From NCBI GenBank assembly GCA_041747375.1, contig JBGTFH010000076.1, positions 32,671 to 96,670 of the forward strand: DNA of 64,000 nucleotides. Reading direction: 5' to 3'. The notes beneath the pieces were generated by a model that did no database searches, was not told the origin of the DNA, and worked only from the letters and a program-made list of their open reading frames with translations. The translations under genes were made by a program, and so were the position numbers. Each line of letters opens with the position of its first letter. The stretch's first letter is position 1. Source of the stretch: Acidimicrobiia bacterium (GTDB lineage Bacteria; Actinomycetota; Acidimicrobiia; Spongiisociales; ZC4RG35). Below are positions 9,452 through 19,833 of this stretch, piece by piece.

Positions 9452-9561
9452 ATGGCGGTGGCACGCGTTCAGATCAATGTTGGTGTTTAATGGTCCACCC
9501 TCTGCATCGTCCGTAAACGTCCGATGCTTTCTCCCTATGAATGGAGGGAGAGTTTGAATAA

Positions 9562-10722
9562 TCACAACCCGAGACTGCGACCGATGATTTCTTTCATGAT
9601 CTCGGTGGTGCCTCCATAGATCGTTTGCACCCGGGCATCGCGATAGGCGCGGGCGATCGGGTACTCCTCCATGTAACCCCAGCCACCGAAGAGTTGAAGA
9701 CATCGATCGATCACCCTCTTCTCCATCTCGGTTATCCACCACTTCGATTTGGCGGCCTCGTCAGCGGACAGTTCGCCTCGGGTGTGCTGCAGAATCTGGT
9801 TATCGACATAAACCCGGCCGATGTCCAGCTCGGTCCGCATCTCGGCCATGCTGTGTTTCACCGTCTGGAACGATCCGATCGGTTGCCCGAACGCTTTGCG
9901 CTCCTTTATGTATTCGAGGGTCCATCCGAAAGCCGCTTCCGCATGGGCTATCGACCCGACGGTGAGCGACAGTCGCTCCTGGGGCAGGTTCTCGACGAGG
10001 TGGACAAATCCCCGCCCCTCATCGCCGAGGAGGTTGGTGACAGGCACCCGGACGTCGTCGAAGAACAATTCGGCGGTGTCCTGGGCGTGGAGCCCGATCT
10101 TGTCGAGGTTTCGTCCCCGGGTGAAGCCCTCCATTCCATCCTCGACCACGACCAAACTCATCCCGGAATGCCGCTCTGCCGGATTTGTTTTCACGGCCGT
10201 GATGATCACGTCCGAGTTGATCCCGTTGGTGATGAAGGTCTTGGAGCCGTTGACGACGTAGTGGTCACCGTCGCGGATCGCGGTTGTGGCGATCCCGGCG
10301 AGGTCGGAGCCGGCGCCGGGCTCGGTCATTGCGATGGCGGCCATCAAGTCGCCTGAGGCGAGGCCCGGAAACCAGCGTTCCTTCTGTTCGTCGGTGGTCA
10401 GCCTCAGGAAATACGGAAGGCATACATCGTTGTGCAAAGTGATGCACATCCCGGATCCGAACCCATTTCCCCCTGTGATCTCCTCGACAATTACGGCGTT
10501 GAAGCGGAAATCGTCGACACCACCGCCACCAAACTCCTCCGGGATGGCCATTCCGAGGAGACCGCTGGCACCTGCCTTGCGGAACATGGCCTTGTCCACG
10601 ATCCCGGCCTGTTCCCACTTGTCGATGTTGGGGACGATCTCGCGTTGCACGAACTCACGAGCGGTCTCGCGGAACAGCTGATGGTCAGCTTCGAAGATCG
10701 GGCGGTCGGATGTGAGGGTCAT
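9562..10722 (-). CDS. acyl-CoA dehydrogenase
   Basis: 386 aa. TEPGAGSD motif, C-terminal IYGGTTEIMKEIIGR. 4-nt overlap with the upstream ligase gene. Confidence 0.9.
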   Translation of the reverse strand: MTLTSDRPIFEADHQLFRETAREFVQREIVPNIDKWEQAGIVDKAMFRKAGASGLLGMAIPEEFGGGGVDDFRFNAVIVEEITGGNGFGSGMCITLHNDVCLPYFLRLTTDEQKERWFPGLASGDLMAAIAMTEPGAGSDLAGIATTAIRDGDHYVVNGSKTFITNGINSDVIITAVKTNPAERHSGMSLVVVEDGMEGFTRGRNLDKIGLHAQDTAELFFDDVRVPVTNLLGDEGRGFVHLVENLPQERLSLTVGSIAHAEAAFGWTLEYIKERKAFGQPIGSFQTVKHSMAEMRTELDIGRVYVDNQILQHTRGELSADEAAKSKWWITEMEKRVIDRCLQLFGGWGYMEEYPIARAYRDARVQTIYGGTTEIMKEIIGRSLGL

Positions 10723-12560
10723 ACCCCTACGTAGAGGCTGTCGATCTCCTCAGCGTACTTCTCGAGAACAACACGCCGCTTAAGTTTCAGCGAAGGGGTG
10801 AGCTCACCGGAGTCCGGTGTCCACTCATCCGGCACAATGATCCACTTCTTGATCTGCTCGACACGTGCCACAGTCTCGTTGGCCGCGGCCATGGCATCGG
10901 TGATCTCCTGTTGCACCTCCGGCAGTTTGGAGAAGGTCCCGAGGTCGTCGTACGCCAGGCCCCGCGCCTCGGCCCACGCCGGTGCCTCCTCATGATCGAG
11001 TGCAACAACCATCGTGATGAACTTGCGCCCGTCACCGACCATGCAGGCCTTGGAGATCAACGGGTGGTTGCCGAGCAATGTCTCCAACTTCGCCGGTGCG
11101 ATGTTCTTACCGGCGGCGTTGATGATTATCTCCTTGCTCCGGCCCACGATCCAGAGGTATCCGTCGTCGTCGATGCGACCGAGGTCACCTGTGCGCAACC
11201 AGCCGTCATCAGTGAATCCTTCAGCGCTCGCATCGGGGAGCTTGTAATAGCCGGCGGTGATGATGCCACCACTCAGCAGCACTTCACCGTCGTCGCCGAG
11301 CTTCAATCCCACACCGGGAAGAGCCTTGCCCACCGACCCGATCTTGGCCGCCTTGGGAAGATTGGTCGTCGCCGGTCCTGTCGTCTCGGACAGACCGTAG
11401 AGCTCGTACAGCGGCACACCGATCGACTGGAAGAACCGAATGAGATCCGGGTTAATGGGCGCTGCGGCCGTGATCGCGATCTCCACCTGATCCAATCCGA
11501 GCCCCTCGCGCACCTTGGAGAGCGCGATTTTGTCGAGGATTCCGGCGAAGGCGCTTCCCGACCCACCATTCTCCTCCGCCGCGACCCTCTTGGTATTGGC
11601 GTTCAGGGCCATCTTGAGAATCGCCCCCTTGATTCCACTCGCTTCGGCGAAACGAGCCACCAGACGCGCATGGAATTTCTCGTAGACACGCGGGACCGCG
11701 ACGAACAGAGTCGGCCTTGCCTCGAGGATGTATTCCAGGACGCCGGCGAGGTTGGGGCAAAACCACACCTCGCCTGCAAGGTAAATGCCCACATAATGGC
11801 TAACCATCCGCTCCGCGATATGTGCGAGGGGCAGGTAGGAGACGAGGCGTGCGCCGAGTTTGAGTTCGGCACCCCGGCGAACACATTCGACCGTCCACAA
11901 CGCGTTGTAGTGGCTGATCATCACACCCTTCGGTGTCCCCGTCGTTCCCGACGTGTAGATAAGTGTGGCGAGAGTATCGGGCGTTAGCTGTGCCACCGAG
12001 CGAGCCACCGTCTCGGGATCATCCTGAAGCTGCTGCGTTCCGCGTGCGAGGAGTTCATCCCAGGAAAGCACCCAGTCTGCGGTGTCATAGTTCTCGGCTC
12101 CCGACATCAGCACGACGTACCGGAGGTTGGGGAGCTCGGAACGAATTTGTTCCCATCGCTTCATGAAGTCGAGGTCTTCGAGAATGGCCACAGTCGCACC
12201 GCAGTTTTCTGCGATGTACTGGATCTCTTCAGCTGCCAGCGTCGAGTAGACGGTCACCGGGGTTGCGCCGGCATGAACAGCTCCCATGTCGGCTATCACG
12301 TGTTCGGGCCGGTTCCCGGCCTGAATGGCCACAAATTCGTTTTTGGTCACACCGAGTGTTGAGAGTCCGGCGGCAACCTTGTGCGCTACGTCGCGGTACT
12401 GGCTCCAGGTGAGACCTTCGAATCCGTTCTCGCCCTTCCAATGCATGGCTGGACGGTCGCCATGACGCTCAGCGTTTCGGTTGAAGTAGTCGACAATCGT
12501 TTTGCCTTCGACCACCGCGTCGATTTCGGCGCGCTCGGTGAGCACGGCTTGTTCGGTCAT
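10719..12560 (-). CDS. long-chain acyl-CoA synthetase (AMP-forming)
   Basis: 613 aa. YTSGTTGTPKGV AMP-binding motif and GWLRTGDLG. Confidence 0.85.
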   Translation of the reverse strand: MTEQAVLTERAEIDAVVEGKTIVDYFNRNAERHGDRPAMHWKGENGFEGLTWSQYRDVAHKVAAGLSTLGVTKNEFVAIQAGNRPEHVIADMGAVHAGATPVTVYSTLAAEEIQYIAENCGATVAILEDLDFMKRWEQIRSELPNLRYVVLMSGAENYDTADWVLSWDELLARGTQQLQDDPETVARSVAQLTPDTLATLIYTSGTTGTPKGVMISHYNALWTVECVRRGAELKLGARLVSYLPLAHIAERMVSHYVGIYLAGEVWFCPNLAGVLEYILEARPTLFVAVPRVYEKFHARLVARFAEASGIKGAILKMALNANTKRVAAEENGGSGSAFAGILDKIALSKVREGLGLDQVEIAITAAAPINPDLIRFFQSIGVPLYELYGLSETTGPATTNLPKAAKIGSVGKALPGVGLKLGDDGEVLLSGGIITAGYYKLPDASAEGFTDDGWLRTGDLGRIDDDGYLWIVGRSKEIIINAAGKNIAPAKLETLLGNHPLISKACMVGDGRKFITMVVALDHEEAPAWAEARGLAYDDLGTFSKLPEVQQEITDAMAAANETVARVEQIKKWIIVPDEWTPDSGELTPSLKLKRRVVLEKYAEEIDSLYVGV

Positions 12561-13711
12561 GACTCCTCCGTCATATCGGAAACTGCTCCTGCCTCGAGGA
12601 GCATACCGATTTGCCGCTGGCTATAGCCGAAGCGGGCCAGGACCTCTCTGGTGTTTGCACCGGGTGCGGGAGGTTTCTCCGGTCGCCCCGGCGGTGTTTG
12701 GTCGAATCGAGGTGCCGGGGCGGGTTGGGGGATCTCACCAACCCTGACGAACGTCGAACGAGACCGCAGATGTTCGTTGTTCGCCGCCTGCCCGAGAGAG
12801 ACGACCGGTGCCACACACGCGTCGCTCCCACGAAATTTGTCAACCCAGAAGTCCTGGGACTCACTGCGAAATCGACCGGCGAAGAGTCCGCGCATTTCGG
12901 GCCACGATTCCCTGTCATTCTGCGGCGGGCAATCATCCAGTCCCAAGCCCCCGACCAATGCGGCGAAGAACTGCGGCTCGAGGGCACCGACCGCCATGTG
13001 TTTCCCGTCTGAGGTCGGATATGCCGAATAGAACGGAGCTCCCCCATCGAGCAGGTTGGATGCCCTGGTGTCGGTCCATTGCCCGGCCGCGAGCAATCCA
13101 TGGATGGAGGTGGAGAGCAAGGCGGAACCGTCGACCATGGCGGCGTCCACCGCCTGGCCCATCCCGGTGGCCGCCACGTTGAGTAGGGCAGAGAGCACAC
13201 CGATGACCAGCAGCATCCCACCGCCTCCGAAATCCCCGATCATGTTGAGCGGCACGGTCGGGGTGTCGCGGTCACCCATGGCATGTAACAGACCGGAAAC
13301 AGCGATGTAGTTGATGTCGTGGCCGGCCATATCCCGGTACGGTCCCTCCTGGCCCCAACCGGTCATTCTCCCGTAAACCAAGGCAGAGTTTGCCGCCAAT
13401 GCATCAGCCGGCCCGACGCCAAGACGCTCAGCGACACCGGGGCGGAAGCCCTCGATGAGCACGTCAGCCCCCGCGATCAGTTCCAACACCACCTCAACCC
13501 CCTGAGGATGCTTCAGATCGACCGCAACCGACTTCTTGCCTCTGTTGTGCAAATCGAATTCCGGGGCGACGAAAATCGCCCCTGAGCCGTCTGGGGGACG
13601 ATCCACCCGAATCACTGTGGCCCCGAGGTCGGCGAGCACCATACCCGCGAATGGGGCCGGACCGAGCCCGGCCAGCTCGACAACGGTTATCCCATGAAGC
13701 GGCCCTGGCAT
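12557..13711 (-). CDS. family III CoA-transferase (CaiB/BaiF; alpha-methylacyl-CoA racemase-like)
   Basis: 384 aa. N-terminal LHGITVVELAGLGPAPFAGMVLADLGATVIRVD is typical of the family. Confidence 0.8.
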   Translation of the reverse strand: MPGPLHGITVVELAGLGPAPFAGMVLADLGATVIRVDRPPDGSGAIFVAPEFDLHNRGKKSVAVDLKHPQGVEVVLELIAGADVLIEGFRPGVAERLGVGPADALAANSALVYGRMTGWGQEGPYRDMAGHDINYIAVSGLLHAMGDRDTPTVPLNMIGDFGGGGMLLVIGVLSALLNVAATGMGQAVDAAMVDGSALLSTSIHGLLAAGQWTDTRASNLLDGGAPFYSAYPTSDGKHMAVGALEPQFFAALVGGLGLDDCPPQNDRESWPEMRGLFAGRFRSESQDFWVDKFRGSDACVAPVVSLGQAANNEHLRSRSTFVRVGEIPQPAPAPRFDQTPPGRPEKPPAPGANTREVLARFGYSQRQIGMLLEAGAVSDMTEES

Positions 13712-13773
13712 TGGCTGAACGTTAACTGTGGAAGATCAGCCACGTTCAACGGTTCCACGGGGGGAACAGGTGA

Positions 13774-14805
13774 CTACACAGCTACTTTGGTGTTGATCTC
13801 GAGGGGTGCGGCGAAGTGGCATGCGGCCAGGTGGCCGAACTGTTCCACCAGAGGAGGGACTTCTTCGGCGCAAATGTCCTGAGCCTTCCAACAACGGGTG
13901 CGGAACACGCAACCCGACGGTGGGTTGGCCGGATTGGGAACGTCACCCTGGAGCACGATACGGTCGCGGACTTTGCTGATACGGGGGTCGGGTATCGGAA
14001 CCGCAGACAGAAGAGCTTGGGTATAGGGGTGGACCGGATTCTCGAAGATCTCCTGACGGGTCCCCATCTCCATGATCTTGCCGAGATACATAACCCCGAC
14101 ACGATGGGAAATGTGGCGAACGACGGAAAGGTCGTGGGCGATAAAGAGGTATGAGAGGTCGAGTTCCTCTTGAATCTCTTGCAACAGATTGATTACCTGG
14201 GCCTGGATCGAAACGTCCAGGGCCGACACTGGTTCGTCGAGCAGCAGCATATGCGGGTTGAGGGCGAGGGCCCTGGCGATCCCGATCCGCTGGCGTTGCC
14301 CACCTGAGAACTCGTGAGGGAAACGGTTTCCGTGCTCGGGCGATAGCTGGACGAGGCGGAGCAGTTCGGCGACCCGGTCCACCCCCCCATCGCTATACAA
14401 GCCATGGATGCGAAGCGGCTCGGCGATGATCTCACGGACAGTCATCCTGGGGTTGAGGGATGCGTATGGGTCTTGAAATACGATCTGGAGGTTCCGACGA
14501 ATCGGTCGGAGAGCCTTTCGGTCGAGCTTGGTCAGATCCTGACCCTGGAAATTGACCACTCCATCAGTGGGTTCCACCAGACGGATAACGGCTCGGGCTG
14601 TGGTCGACTTCCCGCATCCGGACTCGCCGACAAGACCCAAAGTCTCTTTGTGTCCAACTTCGAACGAGACACCGTCAACTGCGTAAACATGGCCAACGGT
14701 CTTGCGGCGCAGCCCTTCTTTGATCGGGAAGTGCATCTTGAGGTCCTTGACCTCGAGGACCGCGTCACTCTTAGGCTCTTCGTATGAAATGTTGTCGTCT
14801 GTCAA
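13774..14805 (-). CDS. peptide/nickel ABC transporter ATP-binding protein (OppF/DppF type)
   Basis: GESGCGKST Walker A, FSGGQRQR signature, LLLDEP Walker B, and a C-terminal Cys-rich oligopeptide-type extension. Confidence 0.9.
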   Translation of the reverse strand: MTDDNISYEEPKSDAVLEVKDLKMHFPIKEGLRRKTVGHVYAVDGVSFEVGHKETLGLVGESGCGKSTTARAVIRLVEPTDGVVNFQGQDLTKLDRKALRPIRRNLQIVFQDPYASLNPRMTVREIIAEPLRIHGLYSDGGVDRVAELLRLVQLSPEHGNRFPHEFSGGQRQRIGIARALALNPHMLLLDEPVSALDVSIQAQVINLLQEIQEELDLSYLFIAHDLSVVRHISHRVGVMYLGKIMEMGTRQEIFENPVHPYTQALLSAVPIPDPRISKVRDRIVLQGDVPNPANPPSGCVFRTRCWKAQDICAEEVPPLVEQFGHLAACHFAAPLEINTKVAV

Positions 14806-14818
14806 CGCTCTCCCTCCC

Positions 14819-15850
14819 CTAGACCTCGATACCGGTTATCGATGTTTCGCGCTCGATTTCGAGCACCACCTCTTCGGGAAAGTGGCATGCACTCGGGTGC
14901 CCCCCGATTTCAGTGACAACGATTTCGGGGACCTGGGTCCGGCACAATTCCCGTCCTTCCGACATCCTGCAGCGGGGGTGGAAGGCACAACCCGGAGGAA
15001 GCCGGATCACAGAAGGCGGGTTGCCGGGAATGGGGAGCAATTTCTCGATGTCGCCGGTAACACGTGGAAGGCTCATCATCAGCCCCAGCGTGTAGGGATG
15101 CCGCGGATTGTGGAAGATGTCGTCGACGGCGCCACTCTCGACTACCCGCCCGGCATACATGACAGTCACCCGATCGGCCATCTCGGCGACGACACCGAGG
15201 TCGTGGGTGATCAACACCGTGCCCGCGCCGGTCTCTTGAGCAGCGATCTTCATCACCTCGAGAACCTGGGCCTGAATGGTCACATCCAGCGCGGTCGTCG
15301 GCTCATCAGCAATCATGACTGAAGGTTTATTGGCCATAGCCATGGCGATCATGGCCCTCTGGCGCATTCCGCCCGAATATTCGTGGGGATACTGGTCGTA
15401 GCGCCGATCCGGGTTGGGAACACCCACGAGTTCGAGCAGGCCAACCGTTTGCTTTCGGGCCTCGTCGTCGGTCATCTTGGCGTCGTGGACCAGCAGGGCC
15501 TCGGCTATCTGATCGCCGACCTTGAACACCGGATTGAGCGAAGTCATCGGATCCTGGAAGATCATGGCGATCTCCTTGTTGCGGATCTTCCGAAGCTCGT
15601 CGACCGGGAGGCCGATGATGTCCCGCCCCCTGTAGAAAACCTCGCCACGCACGATTCGCCCTGGCGGCATCTGGATCAGCCCCAGAGCGGCCATAACAGT
15701 GACACTCTTCCCTGACCCCGACTCCCCGACGACTCCTAGGGTCTCCCCCGGGTAGACGTCGTAGCTCACCCCGTCGACGGCATGGACCACACCGTCGGGC
15801 GTGTCGAATTCCACGACCAGGTCGCGAATTGAAAGGACCGGTTCTGTCAC
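14819..15850 (-). CDS. peptide/nickel ABC transporter ATP-binding protein (OppD/DppD type)
   Basis: GESGSGKS Walker A, YSGGMRQR signature, MIADEP Walker B. Confidence 0.9.
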   Translation of the reverse strand: MTEPVLSIRDLVVEFDTPDGVVHAVDGVSYDVYPGETLGVVGESGSGKSVTVMAALGLIQMPPGRIVRGEVFYRGRDIIGLPVDELRKIRNKEIAMIFQDPMTSLNPVFKVGDQIAEALLVHDAKMTDDEARKQTVGLLELVGVPNPDRRYDQYPHEYSGGMRQRAMIAMAMANKPSVMIADEPTTALDVTIQAQVLEVMKIAAQETGAGTVLITHDLGVVAEMADRVTVMYAGRVVESGAVDDIFHNPRHPYTLGLMMSLPRVTGDIEKLLPIPGNPPSVIRLPPGCAFHPRCRMSEGRELCRTQVPEIVVTEIGGHPSACHFPEEVVLEIERETSITGIEV

Positions 15851-16830
15851 TTGATTCGCTGTTTCGGGTCGAATGCGTCGCGCAAACCGTCACCAACGAA
15901 GTTGATACAGAGCGCGATGAGGACAATTGTCAGACCGGGAAAAGTGGCCAACCACCACAGAGTTGTGAGTGAGTCCTGCCCGTCGCTGATCAGGACGCCG
16001 AGTGCCGGGAAGGGAGGTTGCACACCAAAGCCGAGAAAGCTGAGCGCCGCTTCCACCAGGATCGCCGACGCAATGGTGAGTGTTGCGTTGACGATGATCG
16101 GGCCCATGGTGTTGGGCAGGATATGTCGGAAAATTATTCGATTGTCCGACGCTCCCAGAACCTTGGCCGCTTCCACAAACTCCTTCTCCCGAAGGCTGAG
16201 GAACTCACCACGAACTACTCGTGCCAGGCCCGTCCAGAATAGGAACCCGAGGATAAACGCCACCCGCACCGGGCTACCAGCTCCGAGGAAAGCCGACAGG
16301 ACCAGGAGGACCGCCAGGAACGGGACGGTCAGGAAGAGGTCAGTCATCCGCATCAGCAGGTTGTCGACCTTGCCGCCGTAATAACCGGCGATCCCACCCA
16401 CGATCACGCCGATAACCGTCGCCAACGTAGCCACGATAAAGGCCACATAGACCGACGTCCGGGTTCCGAAGAGGGTGCGACTGAAGTAGTCGCGCCCGAT
16501 TTTGTCAGTCCCGAAAAAGTGGTTGCCTTCCAATGTGGGAGGGCTCGAACGGTTGGGGACATCGGGTTGGGCGAAGTCGTAGGGTGCGATGAAGTCGGCC
16601 AGCATCGCCGCGGCGAACACGATGATGAGGATCACCAACGAGGTCATCGCCAACTTGTGCTGGAAGAACTTTCTCCTCGCCAACTGCCACTGGGTGAGCG
16701 ACTCGACCTCCAGACCCTCGAGATGGACCGACTCGAGATCGGCGCCGGCCTGTCGGTGAATGCTGTCCAGGGCAGCCTCGGTTTGCGCGGCTTCCAACCC
16801 TTCCTCACTGCGGTTCTTCTGATCAGTCAT
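15847..16830 (-). CDS. ABC transporter permease (OppC/DppC type)
   Basis: Multi-TM protein with an EAA-loop region (VEAAKVLGASDNRIIFRHILPN). ATG at 16830 gives an 8-nt overlap with the oppB-type stop. Confidence 0.85.
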   Translation of the reverse strand: MTDQKNRSEEGLEAAQTEAALDSIHRQAGADLESVHLEGLEVESLTQWQLARRKFFQHKLAMTSLVILIIVFAAAMLADFIAPYDFAQPDVPNRSSPPTLEGNHFFGTDKIGRDYFSRTLFGTRTSVYVAFIVATLATVIGVIVGGIAGYYGGKVDNLLMRMTDLFLTVPFLAVLLVLSAFLGAGSPVRVAFILGFLFWTGLARVVRGEFLSLREKEFVEAAKVLGASDNRIIFRHILPNTMGPIIVNATLTIASAILVEAALSFLGFGVQPPFPALGVLISDGQDSLTTLWWLATFPGLTIVLIALCINFVGDGLRDAFDPKQRIK

Positions 16831-17788
16831 ATCGGATCCTTGGATCCAGCCAACCGTAGATGATGTCTGCAACCAGGTTGGCGATGATCACGGCAACGGC
16901 CGTCACCATGAGCCATGCCATCAGGGTGTAAACCTCACCACGGCCCAAGGCGTCGATGAAGAACTTGCCCATTCCCGGCCACGCGAAGATGGTCTCGGTG
17001 ATTACGGCGCCACCGAGGACGGCGCCGAAGCTCAGGGCTGCGATCGTGACCACCGGGATCAAAGCGTTGCGGAGCCCGTGTTTGAGTGTGATCACATTCT
17101 CCTTGACACCCTTAGCCCGAGCAGTCCGGATGTAATCGGAGTGGAGCACATCGAGCATCGAGGCGCGCTGAAATCGGGAGTAGGTTGCGATCGAGACATA
17201 GGAGAGGGTGACGATCGGAAGAACCATGTGCTGGATGCGATCGATAAACGGATTGGCCGGATCAAATGAACTCTGGCCGAATGTGTAAAAGACCCTGACT
17301 CCGGTCTTGAGGAAAATGGCGGTTACCAGAGCCTGGAGTATCAAGGCGAACCAGAAGATGGGCACCGAGAACCCGAAGAAACTGACCGTTGTGGTTGCGT
17401 AGTCAAAGAAGCTGTACTGCTTCTTTGCAGAAAAGACGCCGAGGATCACTGCGAGGACCACGGCGATCGCCTCGGAGACGAATACCAACTGGAGGGTGTT
17501 ACCGATCGAGCGGCTGAGGTCGGGCCAGATCGGCTGATCCCCTACGGCTGTCGTTCCGAACTGGTTGAAGAAGACATCCTTGAGCCAGAAACCGTATTGG
17601 ACGATCAGCGGATCGTCTAGGTGTTTGCGATCGATGATGTTCTGGATTGTCTGTTGGTTGATATTGGGTATCAAGCGGAGTTGGGAAATCGGGTCGGTGA
17701 CCGCACTCATCCCGAAGAACACCAAAATCGTTGCGGCCAGCAACACCGGAATGCTGTACAACAATCGTCTCGCAATAAATGTACCCAT
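16823..17788 (-). CDS. ABC transporter permease (OppB/DppB type)
   Basis: 321 aa. MGTFIARRLLYSIPVLL N-terminus and YIRTARAKGV EAA-loop. Confidence 0.9.
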   Translation of the reverse strand: MGTFIARRLLYSIPVLLAATILVFFGMSAVTDPISQLRLIPNINQQTIQNIIDRKHLDDPLIVQYGFWLKDVFFNQFGTTAVGDQPIWPDLSRSIGNTLQLVFVSEAIAVVLAVILGVFSAKKQYSFFDYATTTVSFFGFSVPIFWFALILQALVTAIFLKTGVRVFYTFGQSSFDPANPFIDRIQHMVLPIVTLSYVSIATYSRFQRASMLDVLHSDYIRTARAKGVKENVITLKHGLRNALIPVVTIAALSFGAVLGGAVITETIFAWPGMGKFFIDALGRGEVYTLMAWLMVTAVAVIIANLVADIIYGWLDPRIRYD

Positions 17789-17869
17789 CGTCTGCCTCTC
17801 GTCCTACTGGGAAGCTTCCGTCACTCTAACCCCAAAGTGTCCACCGTGGTCGGGTTGGACCGGAGATTT

Positions 17870-17904
17870 GAAGAGGGGGCCGCCTTTTGGCGAGCCCCCT
17901 CTTC
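17870..17904 (-). promoter_or_regulatory. strong intercistronic stem-loop after the substrate-binding-protein gene
   Basis: GAAGAGGGGGC(CGCC-tttt-GGCG)aGCCCCCTCTTC, about 15 bp of stem. Lies 25 nt downstream of the SBP stop, with no U-tract. Confidence 0.6.
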
Positions 17905-17928
17905 ATCAATCAATCAACGCTGGGTTGA

Positions 17929-19671
17929 TCAACCCCCTGCGGGGACGATCGGCTCTGCGCTTGTGATCAGCTGCTCGACGTACTGGAAGTCAGGAGTGAT
18001 GGTGAAAGCACCCTCCAGAACCGACGTTGCGATGAGACCAGCGGCAAACAGGTTGCCATCCGGCTCAAAGATGTTCATCGAGTCTGGTTCCTGGTCGGCA
18101 CCGTAGGTGACGACTTCCTTACCAGTCCATGCGGCGATGTTCCAGAACGGACCGATCTGGGTGGCATTGTCCTTGGGACCGACAATTTCTGCATTCCATG
18201 CAAAGAATGTCGGCTTCTGGTACAACGGAAGAAGTGGCACTTCTTCGAGCCACTCGGCATCCGCCGCATTGTACAAGGCGGCACGTGCGGCCGGATCGAC
18301 CTCAGTGTCAGTCGCCTTGATCTGGGCGTCAACGGACTCGTTGCAGTACTGAAGGTTGTTGCTACCACCAAATCCGGTGGGGGCATCGCCCTCGCAGTAG
18401 TACAGCGTGTTACCGCCGGCGGGGTCTGGCGACCCAACCCATGCGAAGTTGAAGATCTGCCAGACGGTCGAGTCGCCGTAGAAGTGCTCGTCAGCGAACA
18501 CCTCGGAGGCAGGCCCGAAGGCAGCATTTACTTCAATACCGATCTCGGCAAGGTTGGCCTGTGCCAGAGCGAACTGAAGCTCACGTCCTTCGTTACCGGC
18601 CGTTGTGGCCCAGTTGAAGGAGAGACGCTGACCGTCGCACTCGTAGATTCCATCGGAACCCCTGGTGCACCCATTGTCCGTGAGGAATGCCTCAGCGGCC
18701 ACGGGGTCGTACGGATACTGCGTCATGTGGTCTTCGTAGTTGGCGCTGGTGTTGAGCCACACCGAGTTGTTCAGAGGTACGGCATCGGCGGCAATGGGAC
18801 GGACAACGGCTTCAACAATCGCTTCGCGGTCGATACCTTGAACGATTGCTTGACGGACGAACTTCTGCGCGAGAAGTGGGTCCGTGTGGTTGAAGTCGAC
18901 GTGTTCCCATACCGGGCCAAGGCCGGCTTCCCATTCGACACCCTCAATACCATCGACTTCTTCGACCAGCGAGACCTGGGGCTGCGGGTAGAACATGTCG
19001 ATTTCCTTACCCTTGAGGGCTTGGACTTGAGTCTGCGAGTCTTCCAGGAAGACAATGTTGACCGTCTGAACATCTCCGAGGGGTGCGCCGGAGGCGCGGT
19101 CTTCGGATGCCCAGTAGTTCTCGTTCCGTTGCAGAACGATGCGTTCGGTCGGCACTCTCTCCGACATCACGAATGGGCCGGAACCCAGCGTGATCATGTC
19201 GTCCCAGTACGAGTTGAAGGGCTTGCCTTCCATCTCGTGCTTGGGAAGGATCGCACTGAACATGGTCTGCCATGGGGCGTACAGCACAGAGAACTGGGCG
19301 ACGAAGGTCTTTTCATCAACGACCTCGAACCCACTCATCTGGATGTAACCCTCACGGCTGGTGATGTCCAGCTGGTCATTCATGATGGTTTCGTATGTAA
19401 ACGCGAAGTCATCCGCGGTTACTGGCATACCATCGGCCCAGGCTGCATCAGGGTGAATGTTGCATTTCACACAGAATGCATCGGGGCAGTCACCTTCCAC
19501 CGGCGCAGCCGATGTAGTGGTGGCTTCTTCTGCTTCCGTCGTTGTGGTATCTCCTCCTACTGTCGTAGTCGAGGCCTCGGGGTCACTGGTGCCACAGGCA
19601 GCAGCGACGAGGGCGAATACGGCGAGGAGCGACATCCATCGGACGGCGCGCTTTGTGCGCAGGGATCGCAC
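17929..19671 (-). CDS. ABC transporter substrate-binding lipoprotein, family 5 (OppA/DppA type)
   Basis: 580 aa. Signal LLAVFALVAAACGTS. GTG start preceded by GGGAGGAAG. First gene of the five-gene importer operon. Confidence 0.85.
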   Translation of the reverse strand: MRSLRTKRAVRWMSLLAVFALVAAACGTSDPEASTTTVGGDTTTTEAEEATTTSAAPVEGDCPDAFCVKCNIHPDAAWADGMPVTADDFAFTYETIMNDQLDITSREGYIQMSGFEVVDEKTFVAQFSVLYAPWQTMFSAILPKHEMEGKPFNSYWDDMITLGSGPFVMSERVPTERIVLQRNENYWASEDRASGAPLGDVQTVNIVFLEDSQTQVQALKGKEIDMFYPQPQVSLVEEVDGIEGVEWEAGLGPVWEHVDFNHTDPLLAQKFVRQAIVQGIDREAIVEAVVRPIAADAVPLNNSVWLNTSANYEDHMTQYPYDPVAAEAFLTDNGCTRGSDGIYECDGQRLSFNWATTAGNEGRELQFALAQANLAEIGIEVNAAFGPASEVFADEHFYGDSTVWQIFNFAWVGSPDPAGGNTLYYCEGDAPTGFGGSNNLQYCNESVDAQIKATDTEVDPAARAALYNAADAEWLEEVPLLPLYQKPTFFAWNAEIVGPKDNATQIGPFWNIAAWTGKEVVTYGADQEPDSMNIFEPDGNLFAAGLIATSVLEGAFTITPDFQYVEQLITSAEPIVPAGG

Positions 19672-19833
19672 TATTTTCTTCCTCCCTTTTGGCTTACTTC
19701 AAGGATCGGGCCGGGCCTTTCACCTCAGACCTCTCCCAACATAGTTAAAAGAGGGCCGCCGGGAATATATACCCGGTGCACACAAAGGTAAAGCGTTCGC
19801 GGCATAAAGCCAAACGCTGTGGTCGGGATTCTG

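Noticed and set aside
10911-11987. 358-aa plus-strand ORF
   Set aside because: It is entirely antisense to the acyl-CoA ligase gene, which has clear AMP-binding motifs. Long shadow ORFs are expected in GC-rich DNA.
17905-17917. Short (ATCA)3 microsatellite
   Set aside because: Three copies only, in an intergenic position, with no evidence of function.
18484-19791. 435-aa plus-strand ORF
   Set aside because: It is antisense to the substrate-binding-protein gene, has no recognisable motifs, and runs through the operon promoter region.
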